This document shows, one piece after another, positions 18,505 through 28,404 of a stretch of DNA of 33,805 nucleotides (positions within the stretch are counted from its first letter, which is position 1; the number at the start of each line of letters is the position of its first letter). The notes beneath the pieces are model-generated. The model was given only the letters and a program-made list of their open reading frames with translations. It did no database searches and had not been told where the DNA came from. The DNA lies in contig CAUYYU010000003.1 in the NCBI GenBank assembly GCA_963577415.1, positions 1-33,805 of the forward strand, in the 5' to 3' direction. Position numbers and translations under genes: made by a program. This stretch comes from Chloroflexota bacterium. GTDB lineage: Bacteria > Chloroflexota > UBA11872 > VXNJ01.

Positions 18505-19621
18505 GGCGACCTCGGGCAGGTCAGACCAGAACGCGGAGTTCATGGAGATAAACATGGGCCCGCAGCACCCGAGCACGCATGGCGTGTGCCGGCTGGAGCT
18601 GGCGGTGGACGGGGAGGTGGTATTGAGTTGCCGGCCGGAAATTGGCTACCTGCATCGCGGGGTGGAAAAGATCGCCGAGAATCTCACCGTGATTCAGCTG
18701 CCGGTGATTACTGACCGAGCAGACTACCTGAGCGCGCTGAACACTGAACTCGGAGTGGTGCTGGCAGCAGAGCAGCTGTACGAGGTGGCCGTGCCGGAAC
18801 GGGGGGAGTACATCCGGGTGATCATGGCGGAGCTGAACCGGATCGCGAATCACATGATGTTTTACGGGGCACTGGGAACGGATGCGGGGTTCAGCTCGCC
18901 GTTCATCTTTGGCTGGTGGAATCGGGAAATCATCCACGATGTGTTTGAGGAGGTGACCGGGGCGCGCATGCTGCACAACTACATCGCGCTGGGTGGAGTA
19001 AAGCAGGACGTGCCGCCGAATTTCAAGGATTCGGTGAAGAAGATATTGCCGCGGCTGGCGGACGGCCTGGACCGATGTCACGGGCTGCTTACAGACAACG
19101 AGATATTCGTCGCCCGGACAAAAGGATTGAATCCGCTGACGCCCGAGGAAGCATTGCGGCTGGGAATAACGGGACCATCACTGAGGGCTACGGGGCTGGC
19201 CCGAGACCTGCGGCGGCTGGCGCCGTATTCGATCTACGATCGATTCGAATTCGAGGTGCCGGTGGGGACGGTGGGGGACGTACACGATCGCTACATGATG
19301 CGGCTGCTGGAGATGCGGGAGTCGCTGCGGATAATCGAGCAGGCGCTGGAAGGGATGCCGGACGGCGAATACCGGGGAGAGATTCCGAGACGTTTGCGCT
19401 ACCCGGTGGGGGAGGCTTACTCGCGGACCGAGAGTCCCCGGGGTGAGCTGGGTATTTATATCGTCGGAAACGGGCAAAACACGGCGCACCGGGTCAAAAT
19501 CCGCGCGCCGGCGTTTGTGCATGTAAGCGCGATGGAGGAATTGCTCAAGGGGACTTATATCGCCGACGCGGTGTTGATCTTCGCGTCAATGGACATCGTG
19601 CTGGGAGAGGCGGACAGGTGA
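18497..19621 (+). CDS. nuoD: NADH-quinone oxidoreductase subunit D
   Basis: NMGPQHPSTHG, GYLHRG.EK, R.DYLS, ELNRI, ESPRGE and DIVLGE.DR motifs. Start at ATG 18497. Confidence 0.97.
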   Translation: MAEATSGRSDQNAEFMEINMGPQHPSTHGVCRLELAVDGEVVLSCRPEIGYLHRGVEKIAENLTVIQLPVITDRADYLSALNTELGVVLAAEQLYEVAVPERGEYIRVIMAELNRIANHMMFYGALGTDAGFSSPFIFGWWNREIIHDVFEEVTGARMLHNYIALGGVKQDVPPNFKDSVKKILPRLADGLDRCHGLLTDNEIFVARTKGLNPLTPEEALRLGITGPSLRATGLARDLRRLAPYSIYDRFEFEVPVGTVGDVHDRYMMRLLEMRESLRIIEQALEGMPDGEYRGEIPRRLRYPVGEAYSRTESPRGELGIYIVGNGQNTAHRVKIRAPAFVHVSAMEELLKGTYIADAVLIFASMDIVLGEADR

Positions 19622-20715
19622 GCCTGCCGGACGTCCTGATCACCATTCTGAAGGTCCTGGTCATTGTGTTGGCGGCGCCGCTGTTGGCGCTGGTGCTGGT
19701 CTACGTGGAGAGAAAGACTCTGGGCCGAATCCAGCGGCGAATGGGTCCGTGGCATGTGGGGCCCATGGGGCTCCTGCAGACTCTGGCGGACGCAGTGAAG
19801 TTGCTGACCAAGGAAGTGCTGACGCCGGAACGAGCGGAGCCCTGGGCGTACTGGATCGCGCCGATCGTGGTGTTTGTGCCGGGGATTTTCGTGCTGGTGG
19901 TAATTCCTTTTACGCCGGAGCTGGTGGTGAGCCGGCTGGACTTGAGCCTGCTGTACGTATTCGCGCTGCCGGCGGTGAGCGTTGTGGGTTTCATCATGGC
20001 GGGCTGGGGCTCGGGAAGTAAGTACGCCCTGCTCGGGGGAATTCGGCTAGTGGCGCAGGCGGTGAGCTACGAAATCCCGCTGCTGTTCTCGGTGCTGGGA
20101 GTGGCGATTCTGGCGGGCTCGCTATCGCTGATAGACATCGTGAACGCACAGGGCGACACGGTCTGGTACGGGGTGGTGCAGCCGGTCGCGTTCGTCATCT
20201 TTATCATGGCCGGGCTGGCGGAGCATTCGCGCACACCGTTTGACATGGCGGTTGGCGAGTCGGAGGTCATGGGCGGTCCGACGATCGAGTACAGTGGCAT
20301 TCGCTGGGCGATGTTCATGCTGGCGGAGTACGTGAACATCTTCATCCTGGCTTCGCTGGGGACGATCATCTTCCTGGGAGGATGGCATGGGCCGGTCTTG
20401 CCTGGCTGGGTGTGGTACCTCCTGAAGACGACGCCCATCCTGCTATTTGTGTTTTGGCTGCGGGGAACGCTGCCGCGGCTTCGGGTCGATCAGTTGATGG
20501 GTTTTTGCTGGAAGGTATTGATACCGTTGTCGCTGCTGAACGTTGTGGTGGCGGCGACGTTCAAGGTGTATGGCTGGGGGCCGACGGTGCCGATGGTGAT
20601 CGCATCGTTGCTGGCGGCTTACTGGTTCTACCGGCGGGAGTGGCTGCGGGTAGTGGCAGTGCCGGCTCGGGACCCGGTACCTGTACCTGTGCCTGCGCCG
20701 GCGGCGGCAGAGTGA
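19618..20715 (+). CDS. nuoH: NADH-quinone oxidoreductase subunit H
   Basis: ERK..GRIQ.R.GP, GLLQ..AD..KL..KE, SKY.LLGG.R..AQ..SYE, R.PFD and LPR.R.DQ motifs. Confidence 0.97.
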   Translation: MSLPDVLITILKVLVIVLAAPLLALVLVYVERKTLGRIQRRMGPWHVGPMGLLQTLADAVKLLTKEVLTPERAEPWAYWIAPIVVFVPGIFVLVVIPFTPELVVSRLDLSLLYVFALPAVSVVGFIMAGWGSGSKYALLGGIRLVAQAVSYEIPLLFSVLGVAILAGSLSLIDIVNAQGDTVWYGVVQPVAFVIFIMAGLAEHSRTPFDMAVGESEVMGGPTIEYSGIRWAMFMLAEYVNIFILASLGTIIFLGGWHGPVLPGWVWYLLKTTPILLFVFWLRGTLPRLRVDQLMGFCWKVLIPLSLLNVVVAATFKVYGWGPTVPMVIASLLAAYWFYRREWLRVVAVPARDPVPVPVPAPAAAE

Positions 20716-20755
20716 TGGCGGCGACGCCGGTCTTCGGTAAGAGCAGGGAGTAACG

Positions 20756-21280
20756 ATGCGCGGGATATTCAGATCATTTAAGGAAACGCTGAGCAGCTCA
20801 GCGATGGCGCCGGTGACCGAGATGTATCCGTATGAGCCGGCACGGATGACGCCGCGCTCGAGAGGGGCGCCAGGGCTGCTGTGGAACGACGATGTGGACG
20901 AGATTGTTTGTACCGGGTGCCGGGCCTGTGCGCGGGAATGCCCTGATAAGTGCATATTCGTCAGCCTCGAGAGTTACTCGGGCGACGTGACCGAGCGCAA
21001 GACGATGGTGGATGAGTTCTACCTGGACCTGGCGCTGTGCTCGTATTGCGGGATTTGTGTGGACGTTTGTCCTTATGAGGCGATTGAAATGACCCCGGAA
21101 TTCGCGTACTCGTCGACGGATGTGCTCTCAATGGTCCTGGACAAGGGTGAATTGGTGCAGATAGCACGGGGCATGTCTCGGACGACAGTTAATCCGCCGA
21201 ATTCCCCGGGGGCCCCCAAACCGCTGACCGCGGTGGAGACGCCGGAACCGGCGCCGGCGGAAGACGAGGGCGACGCCTGA
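20756..21280 (+). CDS. nuoI: NADH-quinone oxidoreductase subunit I
   Basis: T.MYPYE, plus two CxxCxxCxxxCP motifs (CTGCRACARECP and CSYCGICVDVCP). Confidence 0.95.
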   Translation: MRGIFRSFKETLSSSAMAPVTEMYPYEPARMTPRSRGAPGLLWNDDVDEIVCTGCRACARECPDKCIFVSLESYSGDVTERKTMVDEFYLDLALCSYCGICVDVCPYEAIEMTPEFAYSSTDVLSMVLDKGELVQIARGMSRTTVNPPNSPGAPKPLTAVETPEPAPAEDEGDA

Positions 21281-21314
21281 TGCGGAGCCGAAAAAGGGTG
21301 GGGGAATCAGCCGC

Positions 21315-21821
21315 ATGAATATTGCGGTGGCACTCTTTTACATCATAGGCGCGGTGGCGATCGTCTCGGCTCTCGGTACGGTGCTGGCCAGAAACATCGT
21401 CTACGCGGCGCTGTCGCTGATAGCGGCGATGGTGATGATCGCGGGGATCTTCTTCATTCTGCATGCGGATTTTCTGGCGCTGGTGCAACTGCTGATATAC
21501 GCGGGGGCGGTGGGAGTGCTGCTAATTTTCGGATTGATGCTCACGAACACCGGCCTACCGGCTACCAGTCCAAAGGATCGCTGGCAGAGGCCGCTGGCGT
21601 TCGTGGCGTCGGCGGGCTTCATCCTGGTGGCGGGGTACGCGGTTACGGAAGCGGATTGGATGCGGGGGGTGACGCCGCAACTGGAACGGGTGCCGCCAGC
21701 CGAGCTGGCGGGGGCATTGTTTCGAAATTGGGCGATCCCGTTTGAAATTGCATCGCTGGTGCTGCTGGTGGCCCTGATCGGCGCGGTCGTGATTTCGCGG
21801 CGGGAACCATCAGGTGATTGA
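21315..21821 (+). CDS. nuoJ: NADH-quinone oxidoreductase subunit J
   Basis: ADFLALVQLLIYAGAV.VL..F..ML and PFEIASLVLLVALIGAV motifs. Confidence 0.95.
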   Translation: MNIAVALFYIIGAVAIVSALGTVLARNIVYAALSLIAAMVMIAGIFFILHADFLALVQLLIYAGAVGVLLIFGLMLTNTGLPATSPKDRWQRPLAFVASAGFILVAGYAVTEADWMRGVTPQLERVPPAELAGALFRNWAIPFEIASLVLLVALIGAVVISRREPSGD

Positions 21822-22131
21822 AGCGGTACCGCTGGAACACGTTGTGCTCCTGGCGACAATCCTGTTCGGGATCGGGCTCTACGGCGTGCTGTCGCGGCGG
21901 AATGCGGTGGCCATCTTGATGGCGGTCGAGCTGATGCTGAACGCAGTCAATATCAATTTTATCGGGTTCGGGATGTACCTGGCGCCCGATCCAACGGTGG
22001 GGCAGATCATCGCGATTTTCGTGATTACGGTTGCGGCTGCGGAAGTCGCGCTGGGGCTGGCGATCGTGCTCCAAATATTCAGGCGCAAGTCCAATATCAA
22101 TGTCGATGAATTGGACCTGCTGCGATGGTAG
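21814..22131 (+). CDS. nuoK: NADH-quinone oxidoreductase subunit K
   Basis: RRNA..ILM.VELMLNAVN and VAAAEVALGLAI motifs. Confidence 0.97.
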   Translation: MIEAVPLEHVVLLATILFGIGLYGVLSRRNAVAILMAVELMLNAVNINFIGFGMYLAPDPTVGQIIAIFVITVAAAEVALGLAIVLQIFRRKSNINVDELDLLRW

Positions 22132-22153
22132 CTCTAGAAGGCAGGGACCGCGG

Positions 22154-24025
22154 GTGAGCCTGGCCTGGCTGATTCCCGCGCTGTCGGTGGCGGCGTTTGT
22201 GCTGCTGACGTTCGCCGGAAGGCGCATGCCGGGAGGTGGGGCGATAGTCTCGCTGGCGGCGGTGGCGGCGGGTTTTGGCCTGGCGGTGTACGGCTACCTG
22301 GATTTGCGGGCGGCTGACGTGGAGGTGAACGTCGGCCCCAGGCCGTTCGCGGCGGATTTCCTTAACGCCGGCGACCTGTCCCTGCAACTCGGGATGGTCA
22401 TCGATTCTCTATCGATCACGATGCTGTTGATCGTGACCTTCCTGTCGTTCGTGATTCAGCTCTACTCGGTGGGATACATGCGAGGCGACCCGCGCATCCA
22501 CTGGTTTTTCGCGGTCGTGGCGCTGTTTACGGCAGCAATGCTGGGTCTGGTGCTGGCGAACAATCTGATCATCCTCTACGTGTCCTGGGAATTGGTGGGG
22601 CTGTGCTCGTATCTGCTGATCGGCTACTGGTGGGAGAAGCCATCGGCAAGGGAAGCGGCGAAAAAAGCGTTTGTGACGACTCGCATCGGCGATGTGGGGC
22701 TGTTGATCGGAATCCTGATCCTTTTTAAGGCGACGGGGAGCTTCGAAATTGACGAGATATTCACCCAGCTCAGGGCGGGAGCGATTCCGGGAGAGACCGT
22801 GACGCTGGCGGCGATCTTGATGTTCCTGGGGGCGATGGGGAAATCGGGCCAGTTCCCGCTGCACGTATGGCTGCCCGACGCGATGGAAGGCCCGACGCCG
22901 GTGAGCGCGTTGATCCACGCGGCGACGATGGTGACGGCGGGCGTTTACCTGGTGGCTCGGATGTTCCCGCTATTTGTGGCCAGCGACGCGGCGATGCTGG
23001 TGGTGCTGACAATCGGCACGATCACAGCGATCCTCGCGGCGCTGCTAGCGCTGGTGGAAACGGATATGAAACGGGTGTTGGCGTATTCAACGATCAGCCA
23101 GCTCGGATACATGATGTTCGCGCTGGGGACGGGGAGCGTGACGGCGGCGATGTTGCACCTGGGGGGCCACGCTTTCTTTAAGGCGCTGCTATTCCTGGGA
23201 GCCGGGGCGGTGATGCACAGCGCGGGCGGGATCGTTGACATCAACAGGCTGGGCGGGTTGCGGCGGAAGATGCCGGTGACGACCTGGACCTTCATCATCG
23301 GGGCGTTATCGCTGGCCGGCTTCCCGCTGCTGAGCGGTTTCTGGAGCAAGGATCTGATTTTGAATTCGGCGGTCGAAGGAGGGCACTGGGTGACGTTCGT
23401 GGTGGGGGTGGTGACGGCCGGGCTGACGGCGTTTTATATGTTCCGGGTTATCTTTCGAGTGTTCTTCGGCGAGGCGCGCTCGGACGAGGCGCGTAACGCG
23501 CATCCCGCGGAGCGTTTACTGACGCTTCCACTGGTCGTGTTGGCGTTTTTCGCGGTCGTCTTCGGCTGGTTGGGTTCGCAGTTGGTGGGGAATCCCTTCG
23601 GGCGATTCGTATTCGCCGTCGAGCAGGTCGAGGCACACGGGGAGTCGATCTGGGTGGTTGTGCTGTCGTCGGCGGCGGCAATCACGGGAATCCTGGCGGC
23701 TTATTCCATATATCAAAGAAATCAGCCCCGGGCGGCCTCGATCCGCGCGGCGACCGGTGGGATTCACACGTTTCTGGCAAAGCGCGCGTATATGGATGCC
23801 ATGTACCAGTGGCTAATCGACAACGTAAGCCTCGCCCTAGCGGCTTTCTTGGCGGTGTTCGACAGGCGGATAGTGAATGACGCGGGGGTGGACGGAGTGG
23901 GGGCTTCGGTTCGTCTCTCAGGAAGAACTCTGCGCCGAAGCGTAACCGGACTTCTGTACAACTACGCGGCGTTGATGGTAGTCGGAATTCTGGCGCTCGT
24001 AATCGGCCTCGTGCTGGCCGGCTGA
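22154..24025 (+). CDS. nuoL: NADH-quinone oxidoreductase subunit L
   Basis: YSVGYM, WELVG.CSYLLIG, KAF.TTRIGD, GKSGQFPLH.WLPDAMEGPTPVSALIHAATMV and HAFFKALLFL motifs. Start placed at GTG 22154. Confidence 0.97.
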   Translation: MSLAWLIPALSVAAFVLLTFAGRRMPGGGAIVSLAAVAAGFGLAVYGYLDLRAADVEVNVGPRPFAADFLNAGDLSLQLGMVIDSLSITMLLIVTFLSFVIQLYSVGYMRGDPRIHWFFAVVALFTAAMLGLVLANNLIILYVSWELVGLCSYLLIGYWWEKPSAREAAKKAFVTTRIGDVGLLIGILILFKATGSFEIDEIFTQLRAGAIPGETVTLAAILMFLGAMGKSGQFPLHVWLPDAMEGPTPVSALIHAATMVTAGVYLVARMFPLFVASDAAMLVVLTIGTITAILAALLALVETDMKRVLAYSTISQLGYMMFALGTGSVTAAMLHLGGHAFFKALLFLGAGAVMHSAGGIVDINRLGGLRRKMPVTTWTFIIGALSLAGFPLLSGFWSKDLILNSAVEGGHWVTFVVGVVTAGLTAFYMFRVIFRVFFGEARSDEARNAHPAERLLTLPLVVLAFFAVVFGWLGSQLVGNPFGRFVFAVEQVEAHGESIWVVVLSSAAAITGILAAYSIYQRNQPRAASIRAATGGIHTFLAKRAYMDAMYQWLIDNVSLALAAFLAVFDRRIVNDAGVDGVGASVRLSGRTLRRSVTGLLYNYAALMVVGILALVIGLVLAG

Positions 24026-24027
24026 GC

Positions 24028-25479
24028 ATGCTGTACCTGCTGGTCGGTCTGAACTTGATCGTTGGGGCGGCGATATTTGCGCTTCCGGCGGACAAGAAGA
24101 ATCTTCCGCGGTGGTTTGCGCTGGCGGCGGCGGTGGTATCGCTGGCGACGGCGATCGCCGTGTTCGCCGGGTACGACCGGGACGTCGGCGGGTATCAATT
24201 TCAGCGCTCGTTGGAATGGCTGCCGTCGATCGGGATCAGCCTGGATGTCGGGGTGGATGGCATCTCGTCGCCGATGGTGCTATTGACAGGAGTGGTGGTA
24301 ATCGCCGCGGTTTTGATTTCGTGGGGAATTGACGAGCGGCCGCGGGAATATTTCGCACTGATGCTCTTGTTGGTGGCGGGCACGTTTGGCGTTTTCGTCG
24401 TGCTGGACCTGTTTTTTCTATTTTTCTTCTACGAGGTGGCGGTGCTGCCGATGTTTCTGCTGATCGGCGTGTGGGGCAGTACGCGCAAGGCGTACGCATC
24501 GATGAAGCTGGTTATGTACCTGCTGGCGGGAAGCATCTTGGTGTGGGCAGCGCTGCTGGTGCTGTATTTCGATGCCGGGATTGGCAGTTTCAACATCCTG
24601 GAGCTTGAACAGGCCGGTATGGACACTACGGTCGCCAGGGTGATATTTCCGCTGTTCTACGTCGGGTTCGGGGTGCTAGCCGGGATGTGGCCGTTTCATA
24701 CCTGGTCGCCTGACGGCCACGTGGCGGCGCCGACGGCGGTGAGCATGCTGCACGCAGGGGTGCTGATGAAGCTGGGAGCTTACGGCATCATTCGGGTGGG
24801 AATGCAGCTGGTTCCGGAGGGGGCGTCGTACTGGCTGGGAATATTCCTGGCGCTGGCGGTGGTGAACGTGGTGTACGGGGCAATTGCGGCGATGGGACAG
24901 CGGGATTTGAAATTCGTCATCGGGTACTCAAGCGTAAGTCATATGGGGTACGTGCTGATGGGGATTGGGAGTATGACGGTGGTGGGAATGAACGGGGCGG
25001 TGTTGCAAATGTTTTCCCATGGGGTGATGACGGCCCTGTTCTTTGCCATGGTCGGGGTCATCTACGACCGGGCCCACACGCGGGAGATCGGTGCGTTCAG
25101 CGGGATGGCCAAGGTGATGCCCAAGTTCAGCGCTCTTTTCATCGTGGGCGGGCTGGCCTCGTTGGGGCTGCCGGGCCTTTCAGGGTTTGCGGCCGAATTT
25201 CTGGTCTTCGTGGGAACGTTCGAGACGGCGCCGTGGATGGCGGTGCTGGGAATCATCGGAGTGGCGATCACAGCGACGTACATCTTGCGCCTGGTGGCCC
25301 GGATGTTCTTTGGCCCGGTCATGGAAAAATGGCAGGGCCTGCCGGACGCCAACCGGCTCGAAACAGCGGTCGGGGTGATGCTGGTGGGCCTGCTGGTGCT
25401 GTTCGGGGTGTACCCGCAGCTGATCGTGGGAACGATCGACGTGTCGGCGATACCGCTGCTGGCGAGTCTTGAGGGTTAG
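24028..25479 (+). CDS. nuoM: NADH-quinone oxidoreductase subunit M
   Basis: GVDGIS, FFYE...LPM, PFHTW.PD.H..APT..S, YSSVSHMG, QMFSHG and LGLPG..GF..EF motifs. Confidence 0.97.
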   Translation: MLYLLVGLNLIVGAAIFALPADKKNLPRWFALAAAVVSLATAIAVFAGYDRDVGGYQFQRSLEWLPSIGISLDVGVDGISSPMVLLTGVVVIAAVLISWGIDERPREYFALMLLLVAGTFGVFVVLDLFFLFFFYEVAVLPMFLLIGVWGSTRKAYASMKLVMYLLAGSILVWAALLVLYFDAGIGSFNILELEQAGMDTTVARVIFPLFYVGFGVLAGMWPFHTWSPDGHVAAPTAVSMLHAGVLMKLGAYGIIRVGMQLVPEGASYWLGIFLALAVVNVVYGAIAAMGQRDLKFVIGYSSVSHMGYVLMGIGSMTVVGMNGAVLQMFSHGVMTALFFAMVGVIYDRAHTREIGAFSGMAKVMPKFSALFIVGGLASLGLPGLSGFAAEFLVFVGTFETAPWMAVLGIIGVAITATYILRLVARMFFGPVMEKWQGLPDANRLETAVGVMLVGLLVLFGVYPQLIVGTIDVSAIPLLASLEG

Positions 25480-26931
25480 ATGAACGGCGGCGATTTCGTT
25501 TTCTTCATGCCCGAACTGATTCTGGTAGGCACGGCGATCGCGGTGTGGGGGGTGGACCTGTTCACGCGGGAGGATCGGAAGCCGGACCTGGCCTGGCCGG
25601 CGGCGGCAGGGACGTTGGTGGCCGGGGCGTTTCTGGCGCTTTCTTGGAGGGAGAACCGGGAAGTGTTCTTGGGGACTATGCAGCTGGGCGATTACTCGCT
25701 GTTTTTCAGGGTCATGTTCCTCGCGATCGCGTTCTTTGTGCTTGTGGGTTCGTCGGGGTATGTGCGGCGCAACCTGAAGAACGGTGGTGAGTTCTACGGG
25801 TTAATCCTGATGTCCACGGTTGGCGCCATGGTAATCGCGTCGGCGCGGGAATTTCTGACGGCGTATATAGCGCTTGAGCTGGTGACGTTTGGGTTCTATG
25901 TGCTGTCCGCGCACGCACGGCAGGAACCGCGATCGAATGAGGCCGGGGCGAAGTACCTGATCCTGGGTGCATTTTCATCTGGATTGCTTCTTTTTGGGAT
26001 CAGCCTGGTTTTTGGCGTCACGGGCAGCACGTTCTACAGCGACATCGCGGTGGCGATCGAGAATTCGGGCGATCTGGGGCTTGTCTGGGTGCTGGGAGTG
26101 GCGTTGCTGCTGGCTGGGCTCGGTTTTAAGGTCGCGGCGTTTCCGTTCCATTCCTGGGCGCCAGACGTGTACGAGGGGGCACCACTCCCGGTCACGGCGT
26201 TCCTATCGGTGGGATCAAAGGCAGCGGGATTCGCCTTTTTGATCCGGCTATTCGCGGAGGGGCTTGCCCCGGTGGCTTCAGATTGGCGAGTGGCGATTGG
26301 GATAGTCGCGGTCCTGACAATGACGTTTGGGAATCTGGTGGCTATTCAACAAACAAATATCAAGCGACTGTTGGCGTACTCAAGTATCGCCCAGGCAGGT
26401 TATGTGCTGGTAGGACTTGCGGTGCTGACGGCGGAGACGACGGCCGGGATGCTGCTCCATCTGGCGGGTTACACGGCTACAAATCTGGGGGCGTTTCTGG
26501 CGGTCATTTATTTCCACAATATGACGGGAAAAGAGGAGCTCGGCGATTTTCGGGGTATGTACCGACGCTCTCTGCTAATGACGCTAGTGCTAGCGATATC
26601 GCTCCTGTCGCTGGCCGGGATGCCGCTGTTCGCCGGGTTTGTGACGAAGTTTTACCTCTTCACGACGGCTGCGGCCAGCGGAATGTGGTGGCTGATTTCA
26701 CTGGCGATCGCGAACAGTATCCTGTCGGTTTACTACTATCTGCTGGTCCTCCGCCAAGCGTTTGTCACGCCGGAGAGCGAAGAGGAAGCCCAGCGCCCGC
26801 GGTTCCGATTACCGCTTCACGCTACAGCGTCGCTGACGGTACTGGCAGCACTGGTGCTGTGGATTGGGGTTTACCCGGCGGTATTCGTGGAAGCAGCAGA
26901 AGCTGGGGCAAGAACGCTGTTCGGCGGCTAA
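25480..26931 (+). CDS. nuoN: NADH-quinone oxidoreductase subunit N
   Basis: SNEAG.KY..LG, GFK....PFH.WAPDVYEGAP, KRLLAYSSI.Q.GY and SLAG.P...GF..K motifs. Confidence 0.97.
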   Translation: MNGGDFVFFMPELILVGTAIAVWGVDLFTREDRKPDLAWPAAAGTLVAGAFLALSWRENREVFLGTMQLGDYSLFFRVMFLAIAFFVLVGSSGYVRRNLKNGGEFYGLILMSTVGAMVIASAREFLTAYIALELVTFGFYVLSAHARQEPRSNEAGAKYLILGAFSSGLLLFGISLVFGVTGSTFYSDIAVAIENSGDLGLVWVLGVALLLAGLGFKVAAFPFHSWAPDVYEGAPLPVTAFLSVGSKAAGFAFLIRLFAEGLAPVASDWRVAIGIVAVLTMTFGNLVAIQQTNIKRLLAYSSIAQAGYVLVGLAVLTAETTAGMLLHLAGYTATNLGAFLAVIYFHNMTGKEELGDFRGMYRRSLLMTLVLAISLLSLAGMPLFAGFVTKFYLFTTAAASGMWWLISLAIANSILSVYYYLLVLRQAFVTPESEEEAQRPRFRLPLHATASLTVLAALVLWIGVYPAVFVEAAEAGARTLFGG

Positions 26932-26961
26932 AGCTCAACGCCGGCGGAGGTCGGGAAAGAC

Positions 26962-27330
26962 ATGCGTCAGGCGGAGTTTGAAGCGATCGCGGTGGCGGCG
27001 ATGGACGAGCTGCCCGCGAAGTTGCTGAATGCCCTGGAGAACGTTGTGGTGACGGTTGAGGACGTACCGAACGCGGATGATCTGGCCGAGGCAGGGCTTG
27101 AACCCGACGAGGAGGTCTACGGGCTGTACGTTGGCATCCCGATGACCCAGCGAACAACGGGGTACACCATGGTCGTCCCGGATCGCATAACGCTATACAA
27201 GGTACCGCTAGAGCGGGACTTTCGGGACTCGGACGAGCTGAGTGCTCAGATTCGGCGGACGGTCCTGCATGAAATCGGACATGCGTATGGGATGGACGAG
27301 CGGGCGCTGGAGGAGCGAGGATTCGATTAA
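26962..27330 (+). CDS. Zincin-like minimal metallopeptidase
   Basis: GLY.G.P...R, PD.I.LY..P and TVLHEIGH..G motifs (HExxH). Confidence 0.88.
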   Translation: MRQAEFEAIAVAAMDELPAKLLNALENVVVTVEDVPNADDLAEAGLEPDEEVYGLYVGIPMTQRTTGYTMVVPDRITLYKVPLERDFRDSDELSAQIRRTVLHEIGHAYGMDERALEERGFD

Positions 27331-27662
27331 GCATCCGACGGATTATCCGGGGGACTGCTCCCGCCGCGAAAGCGATCGAGGAAACCGACGGGACGGGGAG
27401 GGAAAACGCCGTAGCGGCGCTCCAACAAGGCGTCAATCTGATGTTCCTTACGACTCGCCCACTCCCTGGTAAGAGATGCGCCAATTCCGGCGAAAATAGC
27501 CGCGACGCCTACCCAGGCAAGCGGGTACGTCTCGAATTTGTTACGCCGGCCGGTAATCTGTGCGTCGGAGAGTATGGCTACCCGGGTCACCGGTTCCGAA
27601 GGCTGTTTGGCCACGTATATGAAAATTGCGGGCCCGCCGACCAACGACGCGTAGTGGTCCAA
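27327..27662 (-). CDS. Hypothetical protein or gene remnant with one predicted TM helix
   Basis: ORF has a hydrophobic segment (YPLAWVGVAAIFAGIGASL) and a stop overlapping the zincin stop. TTG start without a clear RBS. Confidence 0.3.
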   Translation of the reverse strand: MDHYASLVGGPAIFIYVAKQPSEPVTRVAILSDAQITGRRNKFETYPLAWVGVAAIFAGIGASLTREWASRKEHQIDALLERRYGVFPPRPVGFLDRFRGGSSPPDNPSDA

Positions 27663-28404
27663 GCCACGGCTTCCGCGAGGACTTTATTTCATTGCGAAAT
27701 TGAAGGCTCACTCTTCACCCCTCTTCAATTCCCATAACCTTGCTTTTCCCCGCCTCAGCATACAAGGGGAGGTTCGGTTCCGGTCACAACTGGCCCGAAA
27801 TACTGTTACTTTCGATCACTACCTCCGACACAGTTGTGCCGCCACCGCGGACTGGATCCGTCTCAATTGCAGCGACCATGACGCGAATGTCGGGAACCTT
27901 TGGTACACAGCAAATTACGTGGCGGGCACCACTTTCGGGCTGCCGCGTAGCCCGATCCTCAGCGATTCATCCATGGTCCCTCCCTATTTCAGTCGTCGCA
28001 GACTCGGCGCGCGAGACGGTCGCTCGGGCAACAGATGAATCGTCCCGTGTAGCTACATTCGACCCAGGACGGACCGTTGCTTGCCGCCGAAGACGTCGCA
28101 TTGGTTACTGTTGTCGATTAGACGGTCACACCTCGCATGGACACCGCGGGCCGCAATTCGGTTAGCCCCGGCGATCCAATTGGCCTAGCCGTCAATGCAT
28201 CCCTGAACGCGATTTCCGCCGTTCTGGTTGGACTGCAGAGCCGCGGGCCCCTTGCATACGCGAGCTTCTTGTTGCTGACGCCCGTAAATGCCAACACGCC
28301 GAATTAAGGCTGTGCCCGAGGGAAGGTCGTTCGACAAAAGTCTGGACGATTCAAAAAATGTCCGCATCGACTGAAAAAAGTCGAAGGCACAGGTTTACTT
28401 GGGA

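Noticed and set aside
20672-20712. Short tandem repeats at the nuoH 3' end (and in the LysM linker)
   Set aside because: They simply encode Pro/Val/Ala or Pro/Thr low-complexity tails and are not a CRISPR or mobile repeat.
27727-27754. dif-like site (AATTCCCATAA resembles a XerC arm)
   Set aside because: No XerD arm (TTATGTTAAAT-like) follows the 6-nt spacer.
28185-28367. Small ORF divergent from dnaA as rpmH (L34)
   Set aside because: It lacks the KRT(Y/F)QP and HGF..RM motifs and the Arg/Lys richness of L34.
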